Below are positions 9,853 to 17,993 of a stretch of 64,000 nucleotides of DNA, piece by piece. The translations under genes were made by a program, and so were the position numbers. Source of the DNA: an uncultured Thermoplasmata archaeon (lineage in GTDB: Archaea > Thermoplasmatota > Thermoplasmata > UBA10834); the NCBI GenBank assembly GCA_964644565.1, contig CAZXWO010000001.1:57727-121726 (forward strand). Direction: 5' to 3'. The notes beneath the pieces were generated by a model. That model was not told the origin of the DNA and searched no databases. It saw nothing but the letters and a program-made list of their open reading frames with translations. The stretch's first letter is position 1. Each line of letters opens with the position of its first letter.

Positions 9853-11048
9853 CCTCGAAGCCGAAGAAGCCGCAGGCCAAGGGCAAGAGCTACGAGGACA
9901 TACGCCGCAGGATCGCGAACGGCGACGTCGTGGTCATGACGGCGGACGAGTTCAAGGCGTTCGTGAAGGCCAACGGCGTCAAGAAGGCCGCCCAGGAGGT
10001 CGACGTCGTGACGACCGGCACGTTCGGCGCCATGTGCTCGTCGGGCGCGTACATCAACTTCGGGCACTCGGAACCTCCGATCAAGATGCAGAAGATCTGG
10101 CTCGACGGGATCCCGGCCCAGGCCGGGCTCGCCGCCGTCGACGGCTACATAGGGGCGACGTCGCTCGATGAGACCAACAACATGACCCGCGGCGGCGCCC
10201 ACGTCATAGAGGACCTCGTCCGGGGCAGGGCCGTCAGGCTGAGGGCGACAGGGTACGGCACGGACTGCTACCCGAGGAAGGAGATCGACACCTACGTCAG
10301 CCTCAGGACGGTGAACCAGGCGGTCCTGATGAACGTCAGGAACGCATACCAGAACTACGGGGTGGCGACCAACTCGTCCCCCAAGACGCTGTACACCTAC
10401 ATGGGGAAGCTGCTCCCGGAGTTCGGGAACGCGACCTTCAGCAGCGCCGGCGAGCTGTCGCCGCTCCTGAACGACCCCTACTACAGGACCATCGGCATCG
10501 GCACGCGGATCTTCCTCGGTGGCACGCAGGGGTACGTCATGTGGGAGGGGACCCAGTTCTACCCGGGAGCGCCCAGGACCCCCAACGGCGTCCCCAAGAG
10601 GCCCGCGGGGACCCTCGCGGTCATAGGCGACCTCAAACAGATGAACCCCGAGTTCGTCAAGGGGCTCACCTTCACTAGGTACGGCACCTCGCTCGGCATC
10701 GGCATAGGCGTCCCGATCCCGATCCTCGACGAGGACATGGCCAGGTGCTGCGCGGTCACCAACAGCGACATCCTCGCCACCGTGCTCGACTACGGCCACG
10801 CCACGAGGTCGAGGCCGGTCCTGAGGGAGGTGTCGTACTCCGACCTGAGGTCCGGCGAGATAGAGATAAAGGGCAAGAAGGTGCCGACCTCCTCGCTGTC
10901 GAGCCTGTACAAGGCGCGCAAGGTCTCGGAGGTCCTCAAGAGCTGGATACTCAAGGGGGAGTTCACGTTACAGGAGCCCGTCCAGAACCTCCCGAGGGAC
11001 AGGCAGCTGAAGACTCTCGACGTCAGGACCGAGAAGGAGGCGACCTGA
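9849..11048 (+). CDS. L-aspartate semialdehyde sulfurtransferase / homocysteine biosynthesis protein (DUF39, MA1821/MJ0100 family) without CBS domains; probable CTG start at 9849
   Basis: VDVVTTGTFGAMCSSG with the conserved Cys, GLAAVDGYIG, TYMGKLLP; the homologous N-terminal helix KSYEDIRRRIANG precedes the track start at 9930. Confidence 0.9.
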   Translation: MTSKPKKPQAKGKSYEDIRRRIANGDVVVMTADEFKAFVKANGVKKAAQEVDVVTTGTFGAMCSSGAYINFGHSEPPIKMQKIWLDGIPAQAGLAAVDGYIGATSLDETNNMTRGGAHVIEDLVRGRAVRLRATGYGTDCYPRKEIDTYVSLRTVNQAVLMNVRNAYQNYGVATNSSPKTLYTYMGKLLPEFGNATFSSAGELSPLLNDPYYRTIGIGTRIFLGGTQGYVMWEGTQFYPGAPRTPNGVPKRPAGTLAVIGDLKQMNPEFVKGLTFTRYGTSLGIGIGVPIPILDEDMARCCAVTNSDILATVLDYGHATRSRPVLREVSYSDLRSGEIEIKGKKVPTSSLSSLYKARKVSEVLKSWILKGEFTLQEPVQNLPRDRQLKTLDVRTEKEAT

Positions 11049-11049
11049 G

Positions 11050-11451
11050 ATGAGGACGAAGGTAGTGCTCACGTTCCGGCCTGAGGCGTCGAACCAGCCG
11101 ATCACCCACAACCTGATCGCCAAACACCACCTCCTGGTGAACATACTCAGGGCGGAGATAGACGAGGTGGGGGGCAAGATGGTGCTCGAGCTCACCGGGA
11201 AGGCCGACGACATCAGGGGCGGCATAGACTACCTCAAGTCCAACCAGGTCGGGGTCCGGCCCATAAAGGAGGGCGTGAGGAGGGACGACGACGCCTGCAC
11301 GCACTGCGGGATGTGCGTCTCCATATGCCCGACCAAGGCCCTCACGATGGACCCAAAGACGGGGAAGGTGAGCTTCGACGAGGAGAGGTGCGTGGCCTGC
11401 GGGGTCTGCATAGACGCCTGCCCGCCGCGTGCGATGGAGATACTGATCTGA
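11050..11451 (+). CDS. NIL-domain 2x[4Fe-4S] ferredoxin (MA1822/MJ0099 family)
   Basis: NIL domain (LVNILRAEI) plus two CxxCxxCxxxCP motifs. Confidence 0.92.
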   Translation: MRTKVVLTFRPEASNQPITHNLIAKHHLLVNILRAEIDEVGGKMVLELTGKADDIRGGIDYLKSNQVGVRPIKEGVRRDDDACTHCGMCVSICPTKALTMDPKTGKVSFDEERCVACGVCIDACPPRAMEILI

Positions 11452-11452
11452 G

Positions 11453-12226
11453 ATGGCTTTCGTGCACGCGAAGGTGGAGATCGCCGAGACGGCAGCGACC
11501 ATAGCAGCCGAAGGCAGGTTCATCGAGGCCGCGGTCGACGCCATCAAGGCCGCTAGGAGGGAGGTCGAGAGGCAGGTCCGCAGGGACCAGTTCTTCCTCG
11601 CCACGATGGAGCCCTACACCCCGGACGGCGCGGGCCCTACGGTGCGGCGCATGTGCGAGGCAGCCGAGCTGGCTGGCGTCGGCCCGATGGCCGCGGTCGC
11701 CGGCGCGGTCGCCCAGGCCGGGCTCGAGGCGATGGTCGCACGGGGGTGCACCCACGGATGGGTGGACAACGGGGGCGACGTCGCGCTGGTGCTGGACAGG
11801 CCCGCCACCATGGAGGTGTTCCACGACCCGGGCGCGGGGAGCGCGTTCGGGCTGCGCCTGGAGCCGACGGGGGGCGTCCTCGGCGTCTGCACGTCCAGCG
11901 GGAGGCTCGGCCACTCCGTCAGCCTCGGCGACTCCGACGTGGCCATCGCCCTGGCGGACTCCGCCGTACTCGCGGACGCCCTCGCGACCGCGATAGGGAA
12001 CAGGGTGCGCGGGCCGCCGTCGCTGTCCACGTGCTTCGACCCGTTCAAGGGGGTCCCGGGTCTGCTCGGCGGGCTCGCCATGGTGGACGGCGAGGTCGCG
12101 GTGCACGGGCACCTGCCTGAGCTCGTCGAGGTGGAGCACAGCCCAGAGAGGCTGACCGTCCACTCGGGGATGCCGCCGAAGTGCTACTCGTGTCCGTCTC
12201 ATTCCGCTCAAGAGGTGAGGACTTGA
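11453..12226 (+). CDS. UPF0280 / ApbE-like protein (MA1715-like sulfur trafficking)
   Basis: VGPMAAVAGAVA, DNGGDVA, GVCTSSG, ADALATAIGN. Confidence 0.88.
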   Translation: MAFVHAKVEIAETAATIAAEGRFIEAAVDAIKAARREVERQVRRDQFFLATMEPYTPDGAGPTVRRMCEAAELAGVGPMAAVAGAVAQAGLEAMVARGCTHGWVDNGGDVALVLDRPATMEVFHDPGAGSAFGLRLEPTGGVLGVCTSSGRLGHSVSLGDSDVAIALADSAVLADALATAIGNRVRGPPSLSTCFDPFKGVPGLLGGLAMVDGEVAVHGHLPELVEVEHSPERLTVHSGMPPKCYSCPSHSAQEVRT

Positions 12227-13605
12227 AGATAATGAAGTTCGGAGGGACGTGCCTCGGGACCGAGGACGCCCTGGACAGGGTTTCGAGAGTGACGAGGTCG
12301 GAGAAGGACCAGAAGGTCGTCGTCGTGTCTGCGGCCTCCGGGGTGACCAACGCCCTGAAGGACTTCGTGTCCAAGCCGCGGCAGGAGAGGGAGATCGACG
12401 ACTTCCTGCTCGCGCTCAGGATGAGGCACATCGAGATGCTCCCGAGGACCGAGGGCGACGCCAGGATGGAGTCCCTCAACATGATCGAGGAGAAGATCAC
12501 GAAGCTGGAGAGGCTCCTCTACGGGGTCACGTACACCGAGGAGCTCACCCCGAGGACGAAGGACCTCATACTCAGCTTCGGCGAGAGGCTCTCCGCGGTC
12601 GTGCTCGCGTCCAGGCTCTCGAGCGACGGCGCGGACGCCGTCCCGATGGAGACGGACGCGCTTGGGTTCATCACAAGCGAGCAGCACGGGAACGCGGTCG
12701 CACTGCTCGACCTGTGCGAGATCAACATGGGCCCGACCCTCAGGAGCGCGGTGGACAAGGGCATACTCCCGGTCGTCACGGGCTTCTTCGGGATCACCCA
12801 GGACGGGCACGTGACCACGGTCGGCCGCAGCGGGACCGACTACACGGCCGCCGTGCTCGCCTACTCCACGAACGCCAAGCCCATCGAGATCTGGAAGGAG
12901 GTGGACGGGTTCATGAGCGCCGACCCGAAGCTCGTCAAGGACGCGTTCATGATCGACAGGCTCTCCTACGAGGAGGCCGCGGAGCTCGCATACTTCGGCG
13001 CCCAGGTCCTCCACGCGAGGGCGGTCCAGCCCGCCAGGCTCAAGGGGATAGAGATCACGATCAAGAACCTCTACACCCCGGAGTCGCCCGGCACGACCAT
13101 AGGCAACGGGAAGATGACGCGCAAGGACGTCATCAAGAGCGTGTCCTACGTACCGAAGATCGCCACGCTCAAGGTGTACGACACGGGCGCCGGCTACAAG
13201 TCCGGCTTCCTCGCGGACATCACCAACTGCCTCTCCGAGGAGGAGGTCAACATCTTCTCCGCCACGACCTCCCAGACGTGCGTCGCCGTGCTCATAGACG
13301 AGCAGCAGATACCCCAGGCGAAGAGGGCCATCAAGGGGGTAATAGGCGGCGTCGGCGAGAGCTTCGAGATCAAGCCCGGGGTCGCGCTGGTGTGCACCGT
13401 GGGGGAGGGCCTCGGGTACACCGAGGGCGTCGCGGCGAGGGTGTTCAAGGCGGTCGCGGAGAGCAAGGTCAACGTGGAGCTCATATCAGCGGGCGCCTCG
13501 ACCGTCGCCTACCACTTCACCGTGGACCACAAGGACCTCAAGAAGACCATCACGGCCATACACAGGGAGTTCTTCGGCCCGCCCAGCGGGAAGGGCGGGG
13601 AGTGA
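12223..13605 (+). CDS. lysC: Aspartate kinase with two ACT domains (TTG start)
   Basis: MKFGGT, SFGERLS, GRSGTDYTAA, DGFMSADP, SYEEAAELAYFGAQVLH; GAGGTG 5 nt before TTG 12223. Confidence 0.95.
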   Translation: MKIMKFGGTCLGTEDALDRVSRVTRSEKDQKVVVVSAASGVTNALKDFVSKPRQEREIDDFLLALRMRHIEMLPRTEGDARMESLNMIEEKITKLERLLYGVTYTEELTPRTKDLILSFGERLSAVVLASRLSSDGADAVPMETDALGFITSEQHGNAVALLDLCEINMGPTLRSAVDKGILPVVTGFFGITQDGHVTTVGRSGTDYTAAVLAYSTNAKPIEIWKEVDGFMSADPKLVKDAFMIDRLSYEEAAELAYFGAQVLHARAVQPARLKGIEITIKNLYTPESPGTTIGNGKMTRKDVIKSVSYVPKIATLKVYDTGAGYKSGFLADITNCLSEEEVNIFSATTSQTCVAVLIDEQQIPQAKRAIKGVIGGVGESFEIKPGVALVCTVGEGLGYTEGVAARVFKAVAESKVNVELISAGASTVAYHFTVDHKDLKKTITAIHREFFGPPSGKGGE

Positions 13606-13608
13606 GGC

Positions 13609-15552
13609 TCACATCATCCTGACGAACGTGGAGTTGAAGGCCGAGTTCTGGCCGTACCTCTGGACGTAGTCGGTCGTGAGGAAGTTCGCGCTCGCGCCCC
13701 CGCTCAGCTTCGGCCACAGGGCGGAGTAGGCCACGAGCACGCCGCGCGGGACCGTGTCCGACAGCTCGCACTTCACCTCCCAATCGCCCAGCTCGTTGGA
13801 CAGCGTCACCATCGAGCCGTCCTCGACCCCTTCGGCCTTCGCGTCCTTCGGGTTCACGTGGACCACGGGCTTGATGTCCTGCCACCTCTGGTGGTACTGG
13901 GACCTGATCAGGAACTTGTGGACCGGCGTGAGGAGCATGTAGGGCAGATTGCTGGTGACCTGGACGTGCGACGGGAGCCCGCCCAGACCCTCCGCCTCGG
14001 CCGCCGCCGAGTACAGCTCTATCTTCTTCGACGGGGTGGGATAGGCCCTCCTGTCCGGCACCTTCAGCCTGAGGAAGCCCTTCTTGGTGATGTCCTCGAA
14101 CCTGCCCTCGACGGACTTGTTCTTGGAGACCAGGTTCTTCGCGACCTTCTCGTCCTCCTCGAACAGCTCCTTCTGGGTCAGCCGCATCGCCGAGGCGAGG
14201 GCCCTGAAGGTGTCGCTGTTGCTCCTCGCGTCGCCGATGGGCTCGATGGCCTTCTCGTTCACGGAGAGGCAGCTGTGGAAGTACGAGGTGTTGATGTCGT
14301 AGTGCTCGAAGAAGCTCGTGGCGGGGAGGACGATGTCGGCGTAGTCCGCGGTGTCCGTCTGGAACAGGTCGTGGACCACCGTGTACATGTCCTCCCTCGA
14401 GAACCCCTTGCGCACGAGGGTCTGGTTGGGCAGGGTCGCGAGCGGGTTGGAGTTGTACACGAACATCATCTTGACCTTGCCGGACTGGAGGGTGCGCCCG
14501 ATGTCCACCATGTTGTACAGGGTCTGCTTCCTGGTCCGGAGGGACGTGCCCTCCAGGTAGTCCATGTCGAAGTCGCCCAGGTCCGTGGAGTAGAAGAAGC
14601 CCCTGTTCTCCCCTATGAGCGCGGGGAGAGTGCCGATGGCCCTGACCATCTCGCCCCCGTTCCTCTGCCTCTGCATCCCGTAGCCGATCATGATGCAGTT
14701 CGGCCTGAGGGAGACATAGTCGCCGATGAAGTCCTCGATCTGCCGGGTGGTCAGGCCGGTGAGCTTCGATATGGTGGTCATGTCGAACTTGCCGGCGACC
14801 CCTGCGAGCCTGTCGAGACCTGTGGCGTTTCGGTCCAGGAAGATCTCGTTGCACAGCCTGTTCTGGATGAGGTGGTTCATTATTCCGAGCGCGAGCGCGG
14901 AGTCCGTCGCCGGCTTGATCTGTAGGTGTATCCCTATCTCGGCCGTAGGCGTCCGCACCGGGTCTATGACATAGATTTTCGCGCCCCTCTTGGCGGCGCG
15001 CTTCAGCATCTCGAACCCGTGGGGGCTGCTCCACGCGACGTTCATGCCCCACACGACGATGAGCCTGCACTTCTCGATCTCCTCCGGCAGCATCCCGAGG
15101 TTCGACCCCCACACTATCTGCAGGGCCTTGTCGCCGGCCCGTGAGCATATCGTGTGCGAGACCCTGGATGCGCCTATGGCGTTGAAGAACCTGCTCGGGA
15201 AGTACCTCTGGACGAGGCCCATAGTGCCCGCGTAGTCGAACTGGAGTATGGACTCGGGTCCGTGCCCCTCGGAGGTCTCCTTGACCTTCAAAGCGACCTC
15301 CTTCAGGGCGTCGTTCCAGGTGATCTTCTCGAACTCGCCCGAGCCCTTCTCGCCCACCCTCCTCATCGGATGAAGGAGCCTCTGCTTTGAGTACACGTAC
15401 GGCGACAGGTTCCGGCCCTTCGGGCACAGCATGTCCCCGGTGAACGGGTGCTTGCTGTTCGGCTCAGCCCCGTGCAGGCGGCCGTCCTTGACCCTGGTCA
15501 CCATAGAACAGGTGTCGTAGCAGTCCCTCGGACAGGTGTTGAAGACGTACAG
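13609..15552 (-). CDS. Molybdopterin-dependent oxidoreductase (MopB superfamily) with N-terminal 4Fe-4S motif; probable CTG start at 15552
   Basis: CPRDCYDTC...CPKG motif, partly upstream of the track ATG at 15504; HDLFQTDTADYADIVLPA; C-terminal molybdopterin dinucleotide-binding domain. Confidence 0.9.
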   Translation of the reverse strand: MYVFNTCPRDCYDTCSMVTRVKDGRLHGAEPNSKHPFTGDMLCPKGRNLSPYVYSKQRLLHPMRRVGEKGSGEFEKITWNDALKEVALKVKETSEGHGPESILQFDYAGTMGLVQRYFPSRFFNAIGASRVSHTICSRAGDKALQIVWGSNLGMLPEEIEKCRLIVVWGMNVAWSSPHGFEMLKRAAKRGAKIYVIDPVRTPTAEIGIHLQIKPATDSALALGIMNHLIQNRLCNEIFLDRNATGLDRLAGVAGKFDMTTISKLTGLTTRQIEDFIGDYVSLRPNCIMIGYGMQRQRNGGEMVRAIGTLPALIGENRGFFYSTDLGDFDMDYLEGTSLRTRKQTLYNMVDIGRTLQSGKVKMMFVYNSNPLATLPNQTLVRKGFSREDMYTVVHDLFQTDTADYADIVLPATSFFEHYDINTSYFHSCLSVNEKAIEPIGDARSNSDTFRALASAMRLTQKELFEEDEKVAKNLVSKNKSVEGRFEDITKKGFLRLKVPDRRAYPTPSKKIELYSAAAEAEGLGGLPSHVQVTSNLPYMLLTPVHKFLIRSQYHQRWQDIKPVVHVNPKDAKAEGVEDGSMVTLSNELGDWEVKCELSDTVPRGVLVAYSALWPKLSGGASANFLTTDYVQRYGQNSAFNSTFVRMM

Positions 15553-15639
15553 AGAAGCCCCTCCGGCAGTCCGTGATGCTGGCTGCAGTCGCGGGAGTAA
15601 TACAATCTACGAGCATTTAAGCGTGGCCCTGTGGGCCCC

Positions 15640-16428
15640 TCAGCCTGAGAAGGATGCAGAGCACATGCTCCCGTCGGTTGGCTCATAGACGAGGACGACC
15701 GTGTAATCGGTGGTCGCACTGAAGGAGGGCGATGAGGTCAGGACGAAGTAGTCCCCCCCGTTCAGGTAACCGTTCCCCGCGATGTCCGTGACCGTGAGGG
15801 ACACCTCCAGGGTGCCAAGCGTCTCAGACGCGTAGTTCTCCACCATCACCCCCACCCCCGTCAAGTCCTCGGAGGCTACATGCCATGACACCCCACCATT
15901 GCCGTCGTTGACCACGAAGGTGACATCGGACCATCGTACCTCATCTGCTGTGACGGCCATGAACGAGAACTTCACACCGTCGAGGACCCGCGTACTGTAC
16001 ACGGTCGTCAACGGGGTCGTCACTTCTCCCCCCGAGAAGCCCAGGACCATGACGTACAAAGCCGCCGCCAGGCCCACACTGAGGAGGATGGAGACTATGC
16101 CCAGTATGAGGCAAATCTTCCCGACGCGCTTGTACTCGGGGTCGTCCTTGGCCATGAACACGATGCCTATGATCACCCCGGCGATCCAGACGAAGATCGA
16201 GGCGAGGTAGAGCAGGACCTTCATCCCGGTGCTCAAAGACGCCGCGGCGGGGGCCGCGGGCGCTGCCCTGAAGTCGTGGCCGCAGTACGGACATACGTTC
16301 GCGCCGAAGTCGATCGACCGGCCGCACGACACGCAGTACCTCACGCTCGCGCTCATGTCGCCGCCGCACGACGCGCAAACGCTCGCCCCTTGATGGTTCT
16401 CGACGCCACACTTCGGACACTTCGCCAC
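15640..16428 (-). CDS. Double zinc-ribbon membrane protein with a C-terminal archaeal pilin-like domain
   Basis: GTG 16428 after GGAGGG; CxxC pairs (CPKC, CASC, CVSC, CPYC); hydrophobic helices ending LAAALYVMVLGF; beta-rich acidic tail. Confidence 0.75.
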   Translation of the reverse strand: MAKCPKCGVENHQGASVCASCGGDMSASVRYCVSCGRSIDFGANVCPYCGHDFRAAPAAPAAASLSTGMKVLLYLASIFVWIAGVIIGIVFMAKDDPEYKRVGKICLILGIVSILLSVGLAAALYVMVLGFSGGEVTTPLTTVYSTRVLDGVKFSFMAVTADEVRWSDVTFVVNDGNGGVSWHVASEDLTGVGVMVENYASETLGTLEVSLTVTDIAGNGYLNGGDYFVLTSSPSFSATTDYTVVLVYEPTDGSMCSASFSG

Positions 16429-16448
16429 TCCAGCACCCCCCTCCATGC

Positions 16449-16850
16449 TCACCAGCCCAGGACCATCACGTACAGGATAGCCGCCAGCACGGTCGGCATC
16501 ATGAAGAGGCACACCGCTCCGAGCACGAGGCATATCGTGCCCGCGGACTTGTGCTCCTCGTCGGTCCTCCCGAGGTACATCGCACCGACCGCTATCCCGA
16601 ATATTGGTATGAGGAGCGAGCAGGCGTAGAGCAGGACCTTCTTCCAGGCGGGGATCGGGTCGTGGTGTACGGCGAACTCGGCCGCCTCGCCCTGCGACCA
16701 GAGACAGTATGGGCATGACGATGCCTCCCACCCGATGCCCCTGCCGCACGAAGGGCATATCCTGGTCCGATTGTGCACCGAGTTGGAGCCCGAGAGCCCC
16801 TCACCAGCCAAGGCGCTTACGTTGCCCGTGGAACTGGACACCTTCGCCAC
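16449..16850 (-). CDS. Zinc-ribbon membrane protein, short paralogue of the downstream gene
   Basis: CPSC and CPYC; KVLLYACSLL...GTICLVLG...LAAILYVMVLG mirrors the neighbour. Confidence 0.75.
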   Translation of the reverse strand: MAKVSSSTGNVSALAGEGLSGSNSVHNRTRICPSCGRGIGWEASSCPYCLWSQGEAAEFAVHHDPIPAWKKVLLYACSLLIPIFGIAVGAMYLGRTDEEHKSAGTICLVLGAVCLFMMPTVLAAILYVMVLGW

Positions 16851-16893
16851 TTCTCCGAGGACGTCCGAGCGCTCACGAGGGTAAAAAACCTAT

Positions 16894-17424
16894 CTAAGGT
16901 AGGCCGCCGGGCCCGCCTCGGGGGACCCTCTCGCCGATGACCCTGTAGTCCCCCCAGTACAGGAGGGCGTCCGCCTTGTCGTACGACTCCTCCCTGCGCG
17001 CGGCCACGACCTCCCCTATGAACCACACGTGGTCGCCCGTCTCGACCTCGTTGACCTTGACGCACTCGAGGTTCACCGGGCACTCCGCGACGAGGGGCGA
17101 GGATATCCTGCTGGCCTTCTCCCTGGTCAGCCCCGCCGCCTGGAACTTGTCCACGCGCCTGCCGGACTTAGACCCGCAGGCCTCGACCGCCTTGAGCTGC
17201 GCCTTCGTGGGGACGTTGATTGCGAAGTCCTTGCCCTTCTGGAGCAGGCCGTAGCTGAACCTCTTCGGCGCCACGCCGATGCCCACGAGCGGCGGCTTGA
17301 ACGAGAACACGTGGCACAGCGCGAGGGTTATGATGTTGTCCTTCTCCCCGCCGACGCTGCATAGGACGACCGGGAAGCCCGAGAACGCGTCTGTGCCGTC
17401 TTCGGCGGAGATGTCCTTCTTCAC
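16894..17424 (-). CDS. Flavin reductase-like FMN-binding protein
   Basis: KDFAINVP, CGSKSGRRVDKF, ECPVNLEC, GDHVWFIGEV. Confidence 0.9.
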   Translation of the reverse strand: MKKDISAEDGTDAFSGFPVVLCSVGGEKDNIITLALCHVFSFKPPLVGIGVAPKRFSYGLLQKGKDFAINVPTKAQLKAVEACGSKSGRRVDKFQAAGLTREKASRISSPLVAECPVNLECVKVNEVETGDHVWFIGEVVAARREESYDKADALLYWGDYRVIGERVPRGGPGGLP

Positions 17425-17466
17425 GGAGTGTCACCCCTGCGGAGGCCGCCCAGGCGGGCTCCGGCC

Positions 17467-17850
17467 TCATTCGCCCAGGAGCTTCTTGTAGTCCTCGGCC
17501 GACATGAGCTCCGACAGGTCGTCGGGGTTGCTCATCTCGACCGCGGCGATCCAGCCCTGGCCGTACGGATCCTTGTTCAGGAGCTCCGGGGAGTCGACCA
17601 GCTTGTCGTTCTTCTCCTTGACGGCCCCGCTCACGGGCGAGAACACCTCGGAGACCGTCTTGACGGACTCCACGTTGCCGAGGACGGTGGCCTTGGCCAC
17701 TTCCTTCCCGACGCTCGGCAGTTCAACGAACACTATCTCGGTCAGTTCGGCCTGAGCGTGGTCGGTGATGCCCACGCGTGCGAGGTTACCCTCGACCTTC
17801 ACCCACTCATGGTCCTTCGTGTACTTGAGGTCCGGCAAGACGACAGACAT
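17467..17850 (-). CDS. gcvH: Glycine cleavage system H protein (lipoyl carrier)
   Basis: KYTKDHEW, GITDHAQ, lipoyl-Lys ESVKTVSEV, NKDPYGQGW; start ATG 17850. Confidence 0.95.
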   Translation of the reverse strand: MSVVLPDLKYTKDHEWVKVEGNLARVGITDHAQAELTEIVFVELPSVGKEVAKATVLGNVESVKTVSEVFSPVSGAVKEKNDKLVDSPELLNKDPYGQGWIAAVEMSNPDDLSELMSAEDYKKLLGE

Positions 17851-17993
17851 GACTGGCCTCCTGTTACTCTCCGCTCTGATTAGCATATCGCGATTTATAA
17901 CTTCGCCATTGACCCGCCGCCGCGTCCGGCCAGGCATGTTATCGGAAGGGTTATCTACGCTAAGTCCGTTGATGCGCCAGGGAGAGGTTTCTC

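Noticed and set aside
17467-17850. Standalone gcvH as a novel system
   Set aside because: Dispersed gcv genes and lone H proteins are common in archaea; the other subunits may lie outside the window.
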